DNA from: Squalus acanthias
Lineage: Eukaryota
DNA length: 64,000 nucleotides
NCBI GenBank assembly: GCA_030390025.1
Contig: CM059425.1
Coordinates: 166,348,001 to 166,412,000 of the forward strand
Direction of reading: 5' to 3'
The notes beneath the pieces were generated by a model. It ran no database searches and had not been told where the DNA came from. It worked only from the letters and a program-made list of their open reading frames with translations. Below are positions 20,375-34,852 of this stretch, piece by piece (position 1 is the stretch's first letter; each line of letters starts with the position of its first letter). The translations under genes and the position numbers were made by a program.

Positions 20375-21662
20375 ATATTAATAAGGGACAGCCAGCATGG
20401 ATTTGTTAAAGGAAAATTGTGTCTGAGTAACCTGTTTCAGTTCTTTGATGAAGTAACAGAGAGGGTTGATGAAGGTAGTGTAGTAGATGTTGTATATATG
20501 GACTTTCAAAAGACATTTGGTAATGTACCACATAACAGACTTATTCGGAAAATAGTAGCACATGGGATTAAAGGGACGGTGGTAACTTGGGTACGTAATT
20601 GACTGAGGGATAGGAGGCAGAGAGTAGTGATGAATGGATGCTTTTCTGACTGGAGAGAAGTATGTAGTGGGGCCCCCCAGGGATCAATTGATTTTCTTGT
20701 TATATATAAATGACCTGGACTTGGGTATAGGGAGTAAAATTTCAAAGTTTGTGGATGATACAAAACTTGGCAACATAGTAAATATTGAGGAGGATAGTAG
20801 CGGACACCAGGAGGTCATAGACAGACTGGTGAAATGGGCAGATACATGGCAAATGTAATTTAATGCAAATAAGTGTGAAGTGATGCACTTTGGGAGAAAC
20901 AACATGAAGAGGCCGTATAATCTAAATGGCATTATTTTGAGGGGGTTGGGGGGGGGGTACAAGAACAGAGGGACTGGAGGTGCATATTCAAAAATCCTTG
21001 AAGGTGACAGGGCAAGTTAATGCAATGGTTAAGAAAGCTTTGTAAATAGGGGCATTGAATACAAAAACAAGGAAGTCATGCTAAACTTTTACAAATCAGT
21101 GGTTAGGCCTTAGCTGGAGTATTGTGTACAATTCTGGGTACCACACTTTAGGAAGGATCTCAAGATCTTGGAGAGGGTACTGCTGAGGTTTACCAGGATG
21201 ATACCAGGGATGAGGGACTTCAGTTATGTGGAGAGGTTGGAGAAGCTAGGATTGTTCTCCTTAGAGCAGAAAAAGTTAAGGGGAGATCAAACAGAGGTAT
21301 TCAAAATAATGAGGGGTTTTGATAGAGCAAATAGGGAGAAACTGTTTCCGCTGGCAAGTGGGTCGGTAACCAGAGGTCACAGATTTAAAATATTTGGCAA
21401 AAGAACTAGAGGGGAAATTAGGAGAATTTTTTTCAGACAGAGGGTTTGTTAAGATCTGGAATGCACCACCTGAACGAATGGTGGAAGCAGATTCCATAAG
21501 AACTTTCAAAAGCGAATTGGACATGTACTTGAAGACTAATTTGCAGGGTTATGGGGAAAAAGCTGGGGTGTGGGACTAATTTGGACAGTTCTACCAAAGA
21601 GCCAGCACCGGCACGATGGGCCGAATGGCCTCCTTCTGTCCTGTAAGATTCTATGCTTCTAT
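20375..21662 (+). mobile_element. 5'-truncated CR1 (RT to 3' tail)
   Basis: SQHGFVKGK, YMDFQK, FVDDTK; tail GGGCCGAATGGCCTCCTTCTGT..TTCTAT. Confidence 0.92.
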
Positions 21663-22314
21663 TTATATTATCAAGTTTAAGTACATTTTAGGTGTAAAAA
21701 TTGAATTGTGCCTGTTCCTGCCGCACACCAGGAATGCATAATTAGGAAATTGTGCCTTCCCAGCCTGTGATTTTGCATCCATTAAAGCCAATCGATTTAG
21801 AATCACAGGATAGAATGTGTAATTTTCCAATATGTGTTCCTGCGTTGCACCAGGAGTAGGCACAGCATAATCTATACCCCTAATTTTCTGCAAGTGTGAG
21901 TGACAGGAGCCTAGAAACATCTTTTGCTATATTAGCAGATAACTGCTTTTTAAAAATGGGTTAATGTCTCTGTTAAAATAAAGGACAGAGAAGTGTCACA
22001 CAAGCATGTTACGTATTTGTCCATGAATATAGCCTAAAGTAATTAGGCCAATGTCTCCGTAGAATCAAGCATGAGAAAAGCCATTTGGCTCATCAAAGCT
22101 CCATCTAGCACCCAAATTCTCCGCCTTAGCATCCAGCTGTATTTTTTAAAATCAGCAATTTTTTATGTCTCGACCAATGTGCATGATAGATTATTCTAAA
22201 GATTTATCACTCTGAGTAAAGACATTTTTCTTAATATATAGGTTTTAAATTTACTTTTAACTAAAATTTATGTTCTGTGGTCCTATTTTCTTTCGAACAT
22301 AACAGATTGATTTA

Positions 22315-22870
22315 CAAGGTGCATGACCATGGGATCGATAGCAAAGTATTAAGGTGGATTAATGTGTGGCTGAAAGGGTGGTGATATGTGGGGAGGTGTC
22401 AGAGTGGAAATCGGTCTCCAAGGAGCTCCACAGGGCTCGGTGTTAAGTCGCTGTTTTTTTAATAATTTTTATAAATAGCTTAGAGGACAGAATTTTGTCC
22501 AAGCTGTCTAATTTGCAGATTGTGTTGAATTGGGTGCAGTGCCCAATGATGCTGCCCAATGAGTGATAATCAAAAGGGATTGGGACAGACCAAGTCAATG
22601 GATAGAGAGCTGGCAGATGAGCCTTAATACAGGTAATTATAGAGTCATGAGATTAAGTGGAAGAAGCAAGAATATGGATTACATATTAAATGGTGATGTG
22701 CTTGTGGTAACAGCTTGAAAGTGATATAGGGTTTTGTTGGAGATGGTGATGCCTGGTACTTAGGTGGCATGAATGTTACCTGCCATTTCTCAGCCCAAGA
22801 CTGGATGTTATCCAAGTTCTGCTGTAGGCTGGTATGGGCTGCTTCATTATCAAAGAAGTTGTGAATGGAG
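22315..22870. mobile_element. Two degraded CR1 RT fragments (plus about 22315-22650, minus about 22735-22870)
   Basis: Decayed PQGSVL/FAD region; LQQNLDNIQSWAEKWQVTF on the minus strand. Confidence 0.6.
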
Positions 22871-23397
22871 CTAAATACTGTGGAATACAAGTGGGAGGAG
22901 TAAAAAGGAAGGTGGTTGTAGTAGGCGACAGTATAGTTAGGGGGATAGGCACTGTTCTCTGTAGCCAGGAGAGTGAGTCCCGAAGGCTATGTTGCCTACC
23001 TGGTGCCAGGTTAAAGGACATCACCTCCGGGCTGGAGAAGAACTTGGAGTGGGAGGGGGAGGATCCAGATGTCGTGGTCCACGTAGGTACCAACAACATA
23101 GGTAGGACAAAGAAAGAGGTTCTGCTGAGAGAGTTTGAGCAGCTAGGGACTAAATTAAAAAGCAGAGCCACAAAGGTCAGAATTACTGGATTATTACCGG
23201 AGCCACAAGCAAATTGGCATAGGGTCAATAGGATCAGGGAGATGAATGCATGGCTCACTGGCACCAGTACTGGAGAAAGAGAGAGATGTTCCGTTGGGAC
23301 GGACTACACCTGAACCATGCTGGGAGCAGAGTTCTGGGGAATCGAATAACTAGGGAGGTAGATAGGGCTTTAAACTAAATAAGGTGGGTGGTGGGGA

Positions 23398-25525
23398 GAC
23401 ATAGAAGATAGGAGCAGGAGTAGGCCATTCGGCCCCTCGAGCCTGCTCCGCCATTCAATGCGATCATGGCTGATCATCCAAATTCAGTACCCTGTCCCTG
23501 CTTTCTCCCCATATCCCTTGATCCTCTTAGCCTTAAGAAATATATCTAACTCCTTCTTGAATATATTTAATAAATTGGCCTCAACTGCCTTCTGTGGTAG
23601 AGAATTCCACAGGTTCACCACTCTCTGGGTAAAGAAATTCCTCCTCATCTCAGTCCTAAATGGCTTACCCCTTATCCTTAGACTGTGACCCCTGGTTCTG
23701 GACTCCCCCGCCATCGGGAACAGCCTTCCTGTATCTAGTCTGTCTAGTCCTGTTAGAATTTTATAAGTTTCAATGAGATCCCCTCTCATTCTTCTAAACT
23801 CTAGCGAATATAAGCCTAATCAACCCAATCTCTCTTCATACGTCATTCCTGCCATCCCAGGTATCAGTCTGGTGAATCTTCGCTGCACTCCCTCCATGGC
23901 AAGAACATCCTTCCTCAGATAAGGCGACCAAAACTGCACACAATACTCAAAGTGTGGTCTCACCAAGGCCTGTACAACTGCAGCAAGACATCCTTGCTCC
24001 TGTACTCGAATCCTCTCGCTATGAAGGCCAACGTACCATTTGCCTTCTTAACCGCCTGCTGCACCTGCATGCTTACCTTCAGCGACTGGTGCACCAGGAC
24101 ACCCAGGTCTTGTTGCACTTCCCCTTTTCCCAATCTATTGCCGTTCAGATAATAATCTGCCTTCCTGTTTTTGCCACCAAAGTGGATAACCTTGCATTTA
24201 TCCACATTATACTGCATCTGCCATGCATCTGCCCAATCACCCAACCTGTCCAAATCATACTGGAGTTTCTCTGCATCCTCCTCACAGCACACACACCCAC
24301 CCAGCTTTGTGTCATCTGCAAACTTGGAGATATTACATCTAGTTCCCTCGTCTAGATCATTAATATATATTGTGAATAATTGGGGTCCTAGCACCGATCC
24401 CTGCGGTACCTCACTAGTCACTGCCTGCCACTCGGAAAAAGACCCGTTTATTCCAACTCTTTGCTTCCTGTCTGCCAACCAGTTCTCTATCCAAGTCAGT
24501 ACCTTACCCCCCAATCCCATGTGCTTTAACTTTGCATGCTAATCTCTTATGCGGGACCTTATCGAAAGCCTTCTGATAGTCCAAATACACCACATCCACT
24601 GGTTCTCCCTTATCTATTCTACCAGTTACATCCTCAAAAATTTCCAGTAGATTAGTCAAGCATGATTTCCCTTTTGTAAATCCATGTTGACTTTGTCCGA
24701 TCCTGTCATTGCTTTCCAAGTGCTCTGCTTTTACATCTTTTATAATGGACTCTAGCATTTTCCCCACTACCGATGTCAGGCTATAATTCCCCGTTTTCTC
24801 TCTACCACCTTTTTTAAATAGTGGGGTTACATTAGCTACCCTCCAATCCATGGAAACTGTTCCAGAGTCTATAGAATTTGGAAAGATGACCAGCAATGCA
24901 TCTACTATTTCTAGGGCCACTTCCTTAAGTACCCTAGGATGTAGATTATCAGGCCCTGGGGATTTATCGACCTTCAATCCTGTCAATTTCCCTAACACCA
25001 TTTCCCTACAAATACTGATTTCATTCCGTTCCTCCCTCTCATTAGACCCTATGTTCCCCGACATCTCTGGGAGTTTATTTGTGTCCTCCTTTGTGAAGAC
25101 AGAACCAAAGTATGTATTTAATTGGTCTGCCATTTCTTTGTTCCCCACTATAAATTCCCCTGATTCTGACTGCAAGGGACCTACGCTTCACTTCACCAAT
25201 CTTTTTCTCTTCACATAGCTATAGAACCTTTTACAGTCAGCTTTTATGTTCCCTGAAAGCTTACTCTCATACTCTATTTTCCCCCTCTTAATTAATCCCT
25301 TTGTCCTCCTTTGCTGAATCCTAAACTGCTCCCAATCCTCAGATTTGCTGCTTTTTCTGGCCAATTTATATGTCCTCTCCTTGGATCTTATGCTATCCCT
25401 AATTTCCCTTGTTAGCCACGGTTGAGTCACCTTTTTTGTTTTATTTTTTATGCCAAACAGGGATGAACAAATTCTGTAGTTCATCCATGCGATCTTTAAA
25501 TGTTTGCCATTGCCTATCCACCGTC
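23398..25525 (-). mobile_element. 5'-truncated CR1 nested antisense between ORF1 and ORF2 of the host CR1
   Basis: RT ORFs 24504-25175, 23960-24520 and 23484-23789; tail at 23398-23500. Confidence 0.92.
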
Positions 25526-27082
25526 CCGGTGGAGAGAAATCTAGAATGCTAAAGAGAAAAGACAAGGAAGCAGTGCAGGAAAGTGATTGGGGTAAGGATA
25601 ACCAGATTGTGTCAGGAAGGGACAGAGCGTACAAAGGAGTGCACTAACAAATAGGGTCCGGGTAAGAAAAAATGGTAATAAGACAAATAGGGCCATAGTA
25701 CAAAAAAATGTTAAGATGTCTAAAAATGTTAAAAAGACAAATCTAAAGGCACTGTATCTGAATGCACGAAGTATTCGTAATAAGGTAGACGAATTAACAG
25801 CACAAATAGATGTAAACGGATATGATATAATTGCCATTACGCAGACATGGCTGCAGGGTGACCAAGGCTGGGAGCTGAATATCCAAGGATATTCGATATT
25901 TAGGAAGGACAGGCGAAAAAGAAAAGGAGGTGGGGTGGCATTGTTAGTAAAGGATGAAATCAGAGCAATAGTGAGAAAGGATATTGGCTCAGAAAATAAA
26001 GATGTAGAATCAGTCTGGGTGGAGCTAAGAAGCACCAAGGGGCAGAAAACATTGGCATAAGTTGTCTATAGGCCTCCAAACAGTGGTGGTAATGTAGGGG
26101 ATGGCATGAAACAGGAAATTAGAGATGCATGTAATAAGGGTACTACAGTAATCATGGATGACTTTAATCTACATATAGACTGGCCAAACCAAATTAGCAA
26201 TAATACTGTGGAGGATGAATTCCTGGAGTGTGTACGAGATGGTGTTTTTAGAACAGTACGTTGAGGAGCCAACTAGGGAACAGGCTATCCTAGATTGGGT
26301 ATCGTGCAATGAGAAGGAGTTAATTAATAATCTTGTTGTGCGGGTCCTTCAGGGATTAGTGACCATAACATGATGGAATTCTTCATTAAGATGGAAAGTG
26401 AAGAAGTCCAATCCAAAACTAGGGTCCGAAATCTAAACAAAGGAAACTACGAAGGTATGAGGAGTGAGTTGGCTATGATAGATTTGGGAGCTTCATTAAA
26501 AGGCATGACGGTGGATAGACAATGGCTAACATTTAAGGAATGAATGCATGAATTGCAACAGTTATACATTCCTTGCTGGCGCAAAAACACAAAAGGAAAA
26601 GCGGCCCAACCATGGCAAACAAAAGAAATTAAGGATAGTATTAGATCCAAAGAGGAGTCATATAAAGTTGCCAGAAAAAGTAGCAAGCCTGAGGATTGGG
26701 AGCAGTTAGAGCTCAGCAAAAAAGGACCAAGAGATTGATTAAGAGGGGAAAAATAGCGTGTGAGAGTAAACTTGCAAGGAACATAAAAGAGGAGTGTAAA
26801 AGCTTCTACAAATATGTAAAAAGAAAAATATTAGTGAAGACAAATGTAGGTCCCTTACAGTCAGAAATGGGAGAATTTATAATGGGAAACAAGGAAATGG
26901 CAGAGCAATTAAACAAATACTTTGGTTCTGTCTTCACGGAAGAGGACACAAATAACTTCCCAGAAATGCTAGGGAACCAAGGGTTTAGTGAGAAGGAGGA
27001 ATTAAAGGAAATTAGTATTAGTAAAAAAATAGCACTGGAGAAATTAATGGGACTGAAAGCCAATAAATCCCCAGGGCCTGAT

Positions 27083-29778
27083 CTTCCCTTCTTAGGCAGT
27101 CCCTCGGAACCGAGGATGACTTGCTTCCACATTAAAAATGAGTTCTCAGGTGACTGATGAGTCCAATGCGGGACCTACAGTCTCTTTCACAGGTGGGGCA
27201 GACGGTGGGTGGGGTGCTTGGGTTGACGTGCGCTCCTTCCGCTGTTTGCGCTTGGCTTCCGCTTGCTCCTGGCGAAGAGACTCGAGGTGTTCGGCGCCTA
27301 CCCGGATGCTTCTCCTCCACTTTGTGCAGTCCTGGGCCAGGGATTCCCAGGTGTTGGATGGATGTTGCACTTTTTCAAGGAGGCTTTGAGGGTGTCCTTG
27401 AAGTGTTTCCTCTGCCCACCTACGGCTTTCTTGCCATGTTGGAGCTCCGAGTAGAGCGCTTGTTTTGGAAGTCTCGTATCGGGCATGCGGACAATGTGGC
27501 CCATCCATCGGAGCTGATCGAGTGTGGTCAAAGCTTCGATGCTGGGGATGTTGGCCTGAGCGAGAACACGGACGTTGGTGCGCCTATCCTGCCAATGGAT
27601 TGGCAGGATCTAGCGGAGGCAGCGTTGGTGGTACCTCTCCAGTGCTTTGAGGTGCCTGCTGTTCATGGTCCATGTCTCTGAAGCATACAGCAGGGCGGGT
27701 ACCACTACTGCTCTGTAGACCATGAGCTTGGTGCTGGGTTTGATGTCCTGGTCTTCAAACACTTTCTTCCTCAGGCGACCGAAGGCTGCACTGGCACACT
27801 GAGGGCGGTGTTGGACTTCGTTATCGACGTCTGCACTCGTTGACAGTAGGCTCCCAAGGTATGGATTTTGATAATCGGGGATCAGTAATGTGTGGCGGGG
27901 GCAGGTTGGTAGAGGACTTTTGTCTTACGGATTAGTGTAAGGCCCATGCTCTCGTACGCTTCGGTGAAGGTGTTGACGATGGTTTGGAGTTCGACCTCAG
28001 AGTGTGCGCAGACGCAAGCATCGTCTGCATACTGTAATTCGACGACAGAGGATGGGACGACCTTGGATCTGGACTGGAGGTGACGGAGGTTGAACAGTTT
28101 CCTGTTTGTTCTGTAGATTAGCTTCACTCCAGTGGGGAGCTTACTGAGGGTGAGATGGAGCATTGCAGCCAGGAAGATCGAGAAGAGTGTTGGTGCGATG
28201 ATACAGCCTTGCTTGACCCCAGTCCGTACGTGAATTGGGTCTGTGGTGGATCTGTTGGTCAGGATCATGGCTTGCATGTCGTCGTGAAGCAGGCGGAGGA
28301 TGGTGACAAACTTTTGAGGGCAGCCGAATTTGAGCAGGACACTCCATAATCCCTCACGGTTGATGTTGTCGAAGGCCTTTGTGAGATCAAAGAAGGCCAT
28401 GTACAGCGATGGGTGCTGTTCCCTGCATTTCTCTTGTAGTTGACGCGCGGTGAAGATCATGTCCATTGTGCCCCTTAGTGGGCGGAATCCACATTGCGAC
28501 TCTGGGAGGAGCTCTTCAGCCACTGGGAGAAAGTGATTGAGGAGGATTCTTGTGATGACTTTCCCTGTGGCAGACAGCAGGGAGGCTCCTCTGTAATTAC
28601 CTCAATCGGCCTTGTCACCTTTCTTAAAGGTGGTCATGATTACGGCATCTCTGAGATCTCCTGGCATGCTCTCCTCCTTCCAAATAAGAAAAATGAGTTC
28701 ATGTATTCATGCCAATAGTGTTTCTCCCCATGTTTTAGCGCCTCGGCGGGGATTCCATCTGCTCCTGAGGCCTTGTTGTTCTTCAGTTGTTGAATGGCCT
28801 TTTCAATCTCATGCTGGGCTGGGGTTGTGCTGAGGTGGTGTCGGTTCGCATGCTGCGGGATGGAGTTGAGGACACTCGCGTCGAAGACAGTGTCTCGGTT
28901 AAGGAGATCTTTGAAGTTCTCCTTCCAGCGGGCACTGACTGCCTCTCTGTCCTTGATGAGTACCTCTCCGTTCTTGGCCCGCAGTGGGGTAGGACCTTGG
29001 GTGCTTGGGCCGTAGGTGGTCTTGACTGCGCTAAAGAATCCACGCCCGTTGTGGTTGTCGACAAGCTGCTGGTACTCCTGCGCTTTCTCCACCCACCATC
29101 TGTTCTTTAGGTCGCGAGTTTTTTGTTGGACCTCGGCCTTCAGGTGTCTGTAGAGCTGCTTTCTTGCTCTCGAGTTCTGTTGCTGTTTCCAGATCAGGAA
29201 TGCCTTGTGCTTGCGGCTTATTAGCTCCTGGATCTCCTGGTCATTCTCGTCAAACCAGTCTTTGTGTTTCCTGGTCGAGTGACCGAGCGTCTCTTCACAG
29301 GTGCTGATTATGGAGGCCTTGAGTTCAGACCGGGCGCTGTGGACACTCTGTGGCTCTGAATCACTGGGAGTCATCAGGCTAGTTGTGAGGCGCAGGCTGA
29401 ATAGGGCTTTCTTAGCAGGGTCTGTGAGTGCTCCAGCGTTAATTTTCCTGTGGCATTGTTTCTGTTGCCGCCGCTGTTTTGGCTCTACGCTGATGGAGAT
29501 GACAGAGCGGATTAGGCGGTGGTCTGTCCAGCAGTGGTCAGCTCCTGTCATGGCGCGGGTGATGCGGACATCCTTGCGGTCCCTCGCTCGGACGATGACG
29601 TAGTCCAGCAGATGCCAGTGCTTGGAGCGAGGGTGTTGCCATGAAGCCTTGTACTTGTCTCTCTGACGGAACAAGGTGTTGGTTATGACAAGGCCATGTT
29701 CTAAGCATTTTGTCAGGAGGAGGGTACCGTTGGAGTTGGCTTTCCCTACCCCCTCTCTGCCGATCACACCTCCCCAGA
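27083..29778 (-). mobile_element. 5'-truncated RTE-clade LINE nested in CR1
   Basis: WHLLDYV, TDHRL, ESQCGFR, GVKQGC, YADD, C-terminal CPTC..HLRTH. Highly similar to 58116-61433. GGCCTGAT / GGTCTGAT on the flanks. Confidence 0.93.
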
Positions 29779-31380
29779 GGTCTGATAATCTGCATCCTAG
29801 AGTACTAAAAGAGGTAGCCAAGGAAATAGTGGATGCTTTGGTTGTCATCTTCCAAATTTCTATAGATTATGGAACAGTTCCTGCAGATTGGAGGGTGGCA
29901 AATGTAACCCCAATATTTAAAAAAGGAGGGAGAGAGAAAACAGGGAACAACAGATCGGTTAGCCTAACATCAGTAGTAGGGAAAATGCGAGAGTCTATTA
30001 TAAAGGATGTGATAACAGGACACTTAGAAAATATCAACGGGATTAGACAAAGTCAACATGGATTTATGAAAGGGAAATCGTGTTTGACAAAACTACTGGA
30101 GTTTTTTGAGGATGTAACTGATAGGATAAGGGAGAACCAGTGGATGTGGTGTATTTGGATTTTCAGAAGGCCTTTGATAAAGTCCCACATAAGAGGTTAG
30201 TGTGCAAAATTAAAGCACATGGAATTGGGGGTAATATACTGGCATGGATTGAAAATTGGTTAACAGACAGGAAACAGAGAGTAGGAGTAAATGGGTCTTT
30301 TTCGGGGTGGCAGGCGGTGACTAGTGGGGTACCGCAGGGATCAGTGCTTGGGCCCCAGCTATTCACAGTATATATATCAATGATTTGGATGAGAGAACCA
30401 ACTATAATATTTCCAAGTTTGCTGACAACACGAAACTAGGTGGGATTGTGAGTTGTGAGGAGGATGCAAAGAGGCTTCAAGGTGAATTAGACAAGTTGAG
30501 TGAGTGGGCAAATACATGGCAGATGCAGTATAACATGTGAAGTTATCCACTTTGGTCGGAAAAACAGAAAGGCAGAGTATTATTTAAATGGTGATAGATT
30601 GGGAAATGCTGATGTACAGAGGGATCTGGGTGTCCTTGTACACCAGTCACTGAAAGCAAACATGCAGGTGCAGCAAGCAGTTAGGAAAGCAAATGGCATG
30701 TTGGCTTTCATTGCAAGAGGATTTGAGTACAGGAGCAAGGATGAATTACTACAGTTATACAGGGCCTTGGTGAGACCACACCTGGAGTACTGTGCAGTTT
30801 TGATCTCCTTACCTAAGAAAGGATATACTTGCCAACGAGGGAGTGCAGTGAAGGTTCACCAGACTGATTCCTGGGATGGCAGGACTGTTGTATGAGGAGA
30901 GATTGGGTCAACTAGACCTGTATTCACTAGAATTTAGAAGAATGAGAGGGGATCTCATTGAAACGTGTAAAATTCTGACAGGGCTAGATAGACTGGAAGC
31001 AGGGAGGATGTTTCCCCTGGCTGGGGGGTCTAGAACGAGGGGTCACAGTCTCAAGATACGGGGTAGGGCATTTAGGATTGAGATGAGGAGAAATTTCTTC
31101 ACTCAGAGGGTGGTGAACCTGTGGAATTCTCTACCACAGAAGGCTGTGGAGGCCAAGTCACTGAATATATTTAAGAAGGAGATAGATAGATTTCTAGACA
31201 CAAAAGCTATCAAAGGGTATGGGGAGAGAGTGGGAATATGGTATTGAGATAAAGGATCAGCCATGATCATATTGAATGGTGGAGCAGGCTCAAAAGGCTG
31301 AATGGCCTGCTCCTGCTCCTATTTTTCTATGTTTCTATGAATCGTCTGCAAACAACCCCAGTTCTGACCCTTGTCAGCCT

Positions 31381-32525
31381 TGGGTCAGCTGTGGTTCAGT
31401 GGTAGGACTCTTGCCTCTGAGTCAGAAGGTTGTGGGTTCAAGCCGCTCTCCAGAAACTTAAGCACATAATCTAGGCTGGCACTTTTGTGTAGCAATGAGG
31501 CAGTCCTACACTGTTGGACGTGCCGTCTTTCAGATAAGATGTCAAACCAAGATCCAGTCTGCCCTCTCAGGTGAATGTAAAAGATTCCATGGCACTATTC
31601 GAAGAGGATCAGAGGGGGGAAAAATTCGGTTGATTCACAAAGCAACTAGCACCTGGGCGCAGCGCCGCTAACGCCTCCCACGAAATTCTGCGGGAGGTTA
31701 GCGGCGGCGGTAACCTTTAGTGCCCCGCGGCGCTGTCCCGCCGGTGATGACGTCATCGCCGTGCGCAGCGCCCCAGCTGCGATCTGTGGTAGCGCCCCCT
31801 GACTTACCGCCGGACGCTATGTCCGACGGGCTCAGGGGGACCTACCTGCGTCCGGGGCGGCGCTAATTAAAGGGAAGGTGCCGGGCGGCCATTTTTGTTG
31901 CTGGTCGCCTGCCAGCACCCGCCCGATTTTCCGTTCCCGGCCTTCTGAGCAGCCCCCCCCCCACCCCCGCGGAGTACCAGCTGCACTTCGTGAGCCGGCA
32001 CTTCTCTTGAGTTCCGGGTTCTTTTGCCGTCACTCCCGATCCCTGGTGGCCCAGCTGGGCCCCGGGTCGCACTGCGCTAGGCCCCTCCCCTTTAATAAGG
32101 GGAGGAAGGCCTGCAGTACAGCGGCATGTAGCGCCACGATATTCACTCGCAGCGCTCCAAGAGGGAGGCGGGGTGCTTCCAGTAGCGCACCGCCTCCCTC
32201 TTGGGGCGCTACCAGTGAATTTCGGGCGCGGGGGCGCTAACGTTTATGGGGCGCTACCGAAGTTAGCACCCCAAAAGGGGCGTGACCCAATTTCCCCCCC
32301 CCCCGAGATGTTTTTCCCTGGTGTCCTGGCCAATATTTATCCCTTAACCGACATCACCAAAAATAGATGATGTGGTTATTTATTTGTTGTGTGTAAATTG
32401 GCTGCTGTGTTTCCTATACTACAACAGTGACTACACTTTAAAAGTACTTCATTGACTGTAAAGTGCTTTGGGACATCTTGAGGTCATGAAAGGCACTATG
32501 TAAATGCAAGTCTTTCTTTTTTTCT
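31381..32525 (+). mobile_element. tRNA-derived Deu-type SINE (SacSINE1-like) split by a MITE
   Basis: A/B boxes TGGTTCAGTGG and GGTTCAAGCC; core ends near 31612 and resumes near 32305; tail AAATGCAAGTCTTTCTT. Confidence 0.75.
31614..32304. mobile_element. GC-rich MITE (Harbinger-like TIRs)
   Basis: GGGGGAAAATTCGG ... CCCAATTTCCCCC; CpG-rich; interrupts a SINE. Confidence 0.7.
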
Positions 32526-32530
32526 TTCTA

Positions 32531-32690
32531 TGACAGCAAGAAGGTCATCGTTGAAGCAGCATAAGATGGTTGTGAAGTGGATGCTTCCCCGAGGAACTCC
32601 TGCATCGATGTCCTGCAATGATTGGCCTCCGACAACCACAACCACCTTCCTTTGTGTTAGGTATTACATCCAGCCACTTAACAGTTTGCC
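32531..32690 (-). mobile_element. CR1-like RT fragment
   Basis: Decayed VVV.GQS...I.AGVP.GS region on the minus strand. Confidence 0.55.
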
Positions 32691-34852
32691 CCAGTCTGAC
32701 CCATTTTCTTGGGTATGGGCTCATTTGCAATGCAGAGCGGGCTCCCAGTGCGAATCCTGCTGCTGAGAGAGAGCCTGCCAGTGTGAGGGTGCAAAATCCT
32801 GGCAGTGCTGTAGCTGGGATGCCATTGCTGCACCAGATGAAGTAGCAAGGGATCTTAATGAGGAAAAAGCGCCCTGAGGATTGGAGTGTATATCCCACTG
32901 AAGGCCTAGGCTGAGAACAGGTAAGTATTTGAGGTCAGACTGAAGGGAGAGGAGGCCACTACAAGGTCCTCTTCCTCTACAGGACAACCTCAAGGTCTTT
33001 AATGCCGTTTCCTGGAACCCACCTCCTCCTTCCCCATGAAAGCCTTGGGAAGTGGCAATAAGTAGGGCTGATGGGAGGGAAATCTCCCAGGGTCTGGGGA
33101 CTCGGGACTCGGCCCCACCCCCACTGCCATTTGTCCATTTATATGTGACAGACAGGGAAGGAGTGGCTACTTTGGTTTCTGGTTGGAGTGGGGCAAGTCT
33201 TTAAAGATCTGGCTCATTTAGCTCTCAAGTGCTGCCAGCTGCGTGATATCCTCACATCGAGAGGCTGGAGGTGGAAGATCAATATAAAAGTAACTTAATT
33301 ATCAGTCCTGTCTCTACCCCCATGCACAATCACAGAAACCTTGGGGTTCTTGCATCTTTTTTTAAACATGTCAATGTGAGCAGAGTCAATTTTTTGAAAC
33401 AATTTTTCCCCAGTCAGCTTTGATACCAACAAAATCAGATGTAAAATTCCATAGTCGCTTATTTATTTCCCAAACAAACTTAACATAAAACTGTTCAAAT
33501 AATTTGGAATAGATTGGAGTGAATCTACAGAGGAAGAAAGATAGATTTAGGCAATCATTCATTAACCCCCACTGGGAGCATTACTGCTCTGACTATAGTA
33601 TACTATCCACTTTATGCGAGAAAATTAATGATACTGAAAGATGAAACCTAACTCAGAGGGAATTGTTAGGCTATAAAACAATCAAAAATTCAAATGAAGT
33701 GGTAAAAACTAAAGCACAAAGCTCAAATGGTTTATACAACTTGACACGAATCTTGTCATTCATGTATGAAGTAATACTGGGCAGCCTGCTGGTGGCGCTG
33801 TCCAGGGAGAGTATAAATACTCGGGCATGGGCCCAGCTTGCTTAGGACATTCCTCAACAGGAACTAGTGAAGGACACAACTAGATCTCCATGTTGAAAAA
33901 CAGTTGATTAAAGCTTTGTTTAACGTTTCGACCAAGTCACAACTTGTCTGAACAGTTACTTTGTGGTACTTAGCTGTTTCTTTGATACACGTTATCTTAT
34001 GCCATACAATCAAAAAAGTCACAATCTGATTATGGTTAATAGTAGAGGTGAAAAGGTAAAAAGAACCAGGCCTATCAAAATGTTAGTAACATCTGAAAAG
34101 AGAAAAGACAGAATTTGCTATGGATGTAGATGTTACATCAGAATCCAAAACATTAACCATCTTTTGTCTTTTCAGATGCCATCGGACCTGTTGCGTATTT
34201 CTAGAATTTTGTTCATATTTAAGATTTCAAGCGTTTCCAGTTTTGATTCTTTTTACGTGTCAATGAGACAGAAGTCTTTTCATTCAAAGCAAATTACAAG
34301 CTGCAAGAATTATAGCACATAGCAATGGTACACTATGATACTATATCATGTGACATAATACAAGAATATTTTTGATAATCTCCTGGTGAATTATCCATCA
34401 CCTTGTATATATTATATAGAGTGGCTAATGAGAAACCAAACAATAATCCTTTTTTATTATTGTCAGATTACATTTAGTTTACAATAAAATAGAATTGCAT
34501 CGTCACTCACTCAAGAACTCCGAGAGACTCTGGAGCATTAGAAACAAAACAACAATAAGTGAGCCTGGGCATCTAATGAAAAATAAAAGACTAAGATATG
34601 AATTCATACACATTAAAACATTATTAGGGTGAACATTAATGTCTTCATTATGCAAAGTAAGCAACAAACCAAGAGTTTTAAATTGACAATAAAACTGCAG
34701 TATCAATTTCCCTTTTGAAATTATTATTTTAAAATAATAAAATTTCCCCCATCTGAATTAAAAAAAAAAGCTTTTCATTGTCAGTCTCAATTTAATGTTT
34801 ATGGAAATTTTATTGCAGCACTCTTGGTGCTGTCCTTGCTCGAAAAAAATAG

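Larger units (their letters stand above)
22888..31338 (+). mobile_element. CR1 (esterase part of ORF1 to 3' tail) interrupted by an antisense CR1 and an antisense RTE
   Basis: VVGDSIVRG esterase 22888-23375; ORF2 25530-27082 resumes at 29779 (SPGPD|NLHPRVLKE); tail ends at 31338. Confidence 0.9.

Noticed and set aside
31381..31460. tRNA gene
   Set aside because: It is the tRNA-derived head of a SINE and continues into the SINE core and tail.
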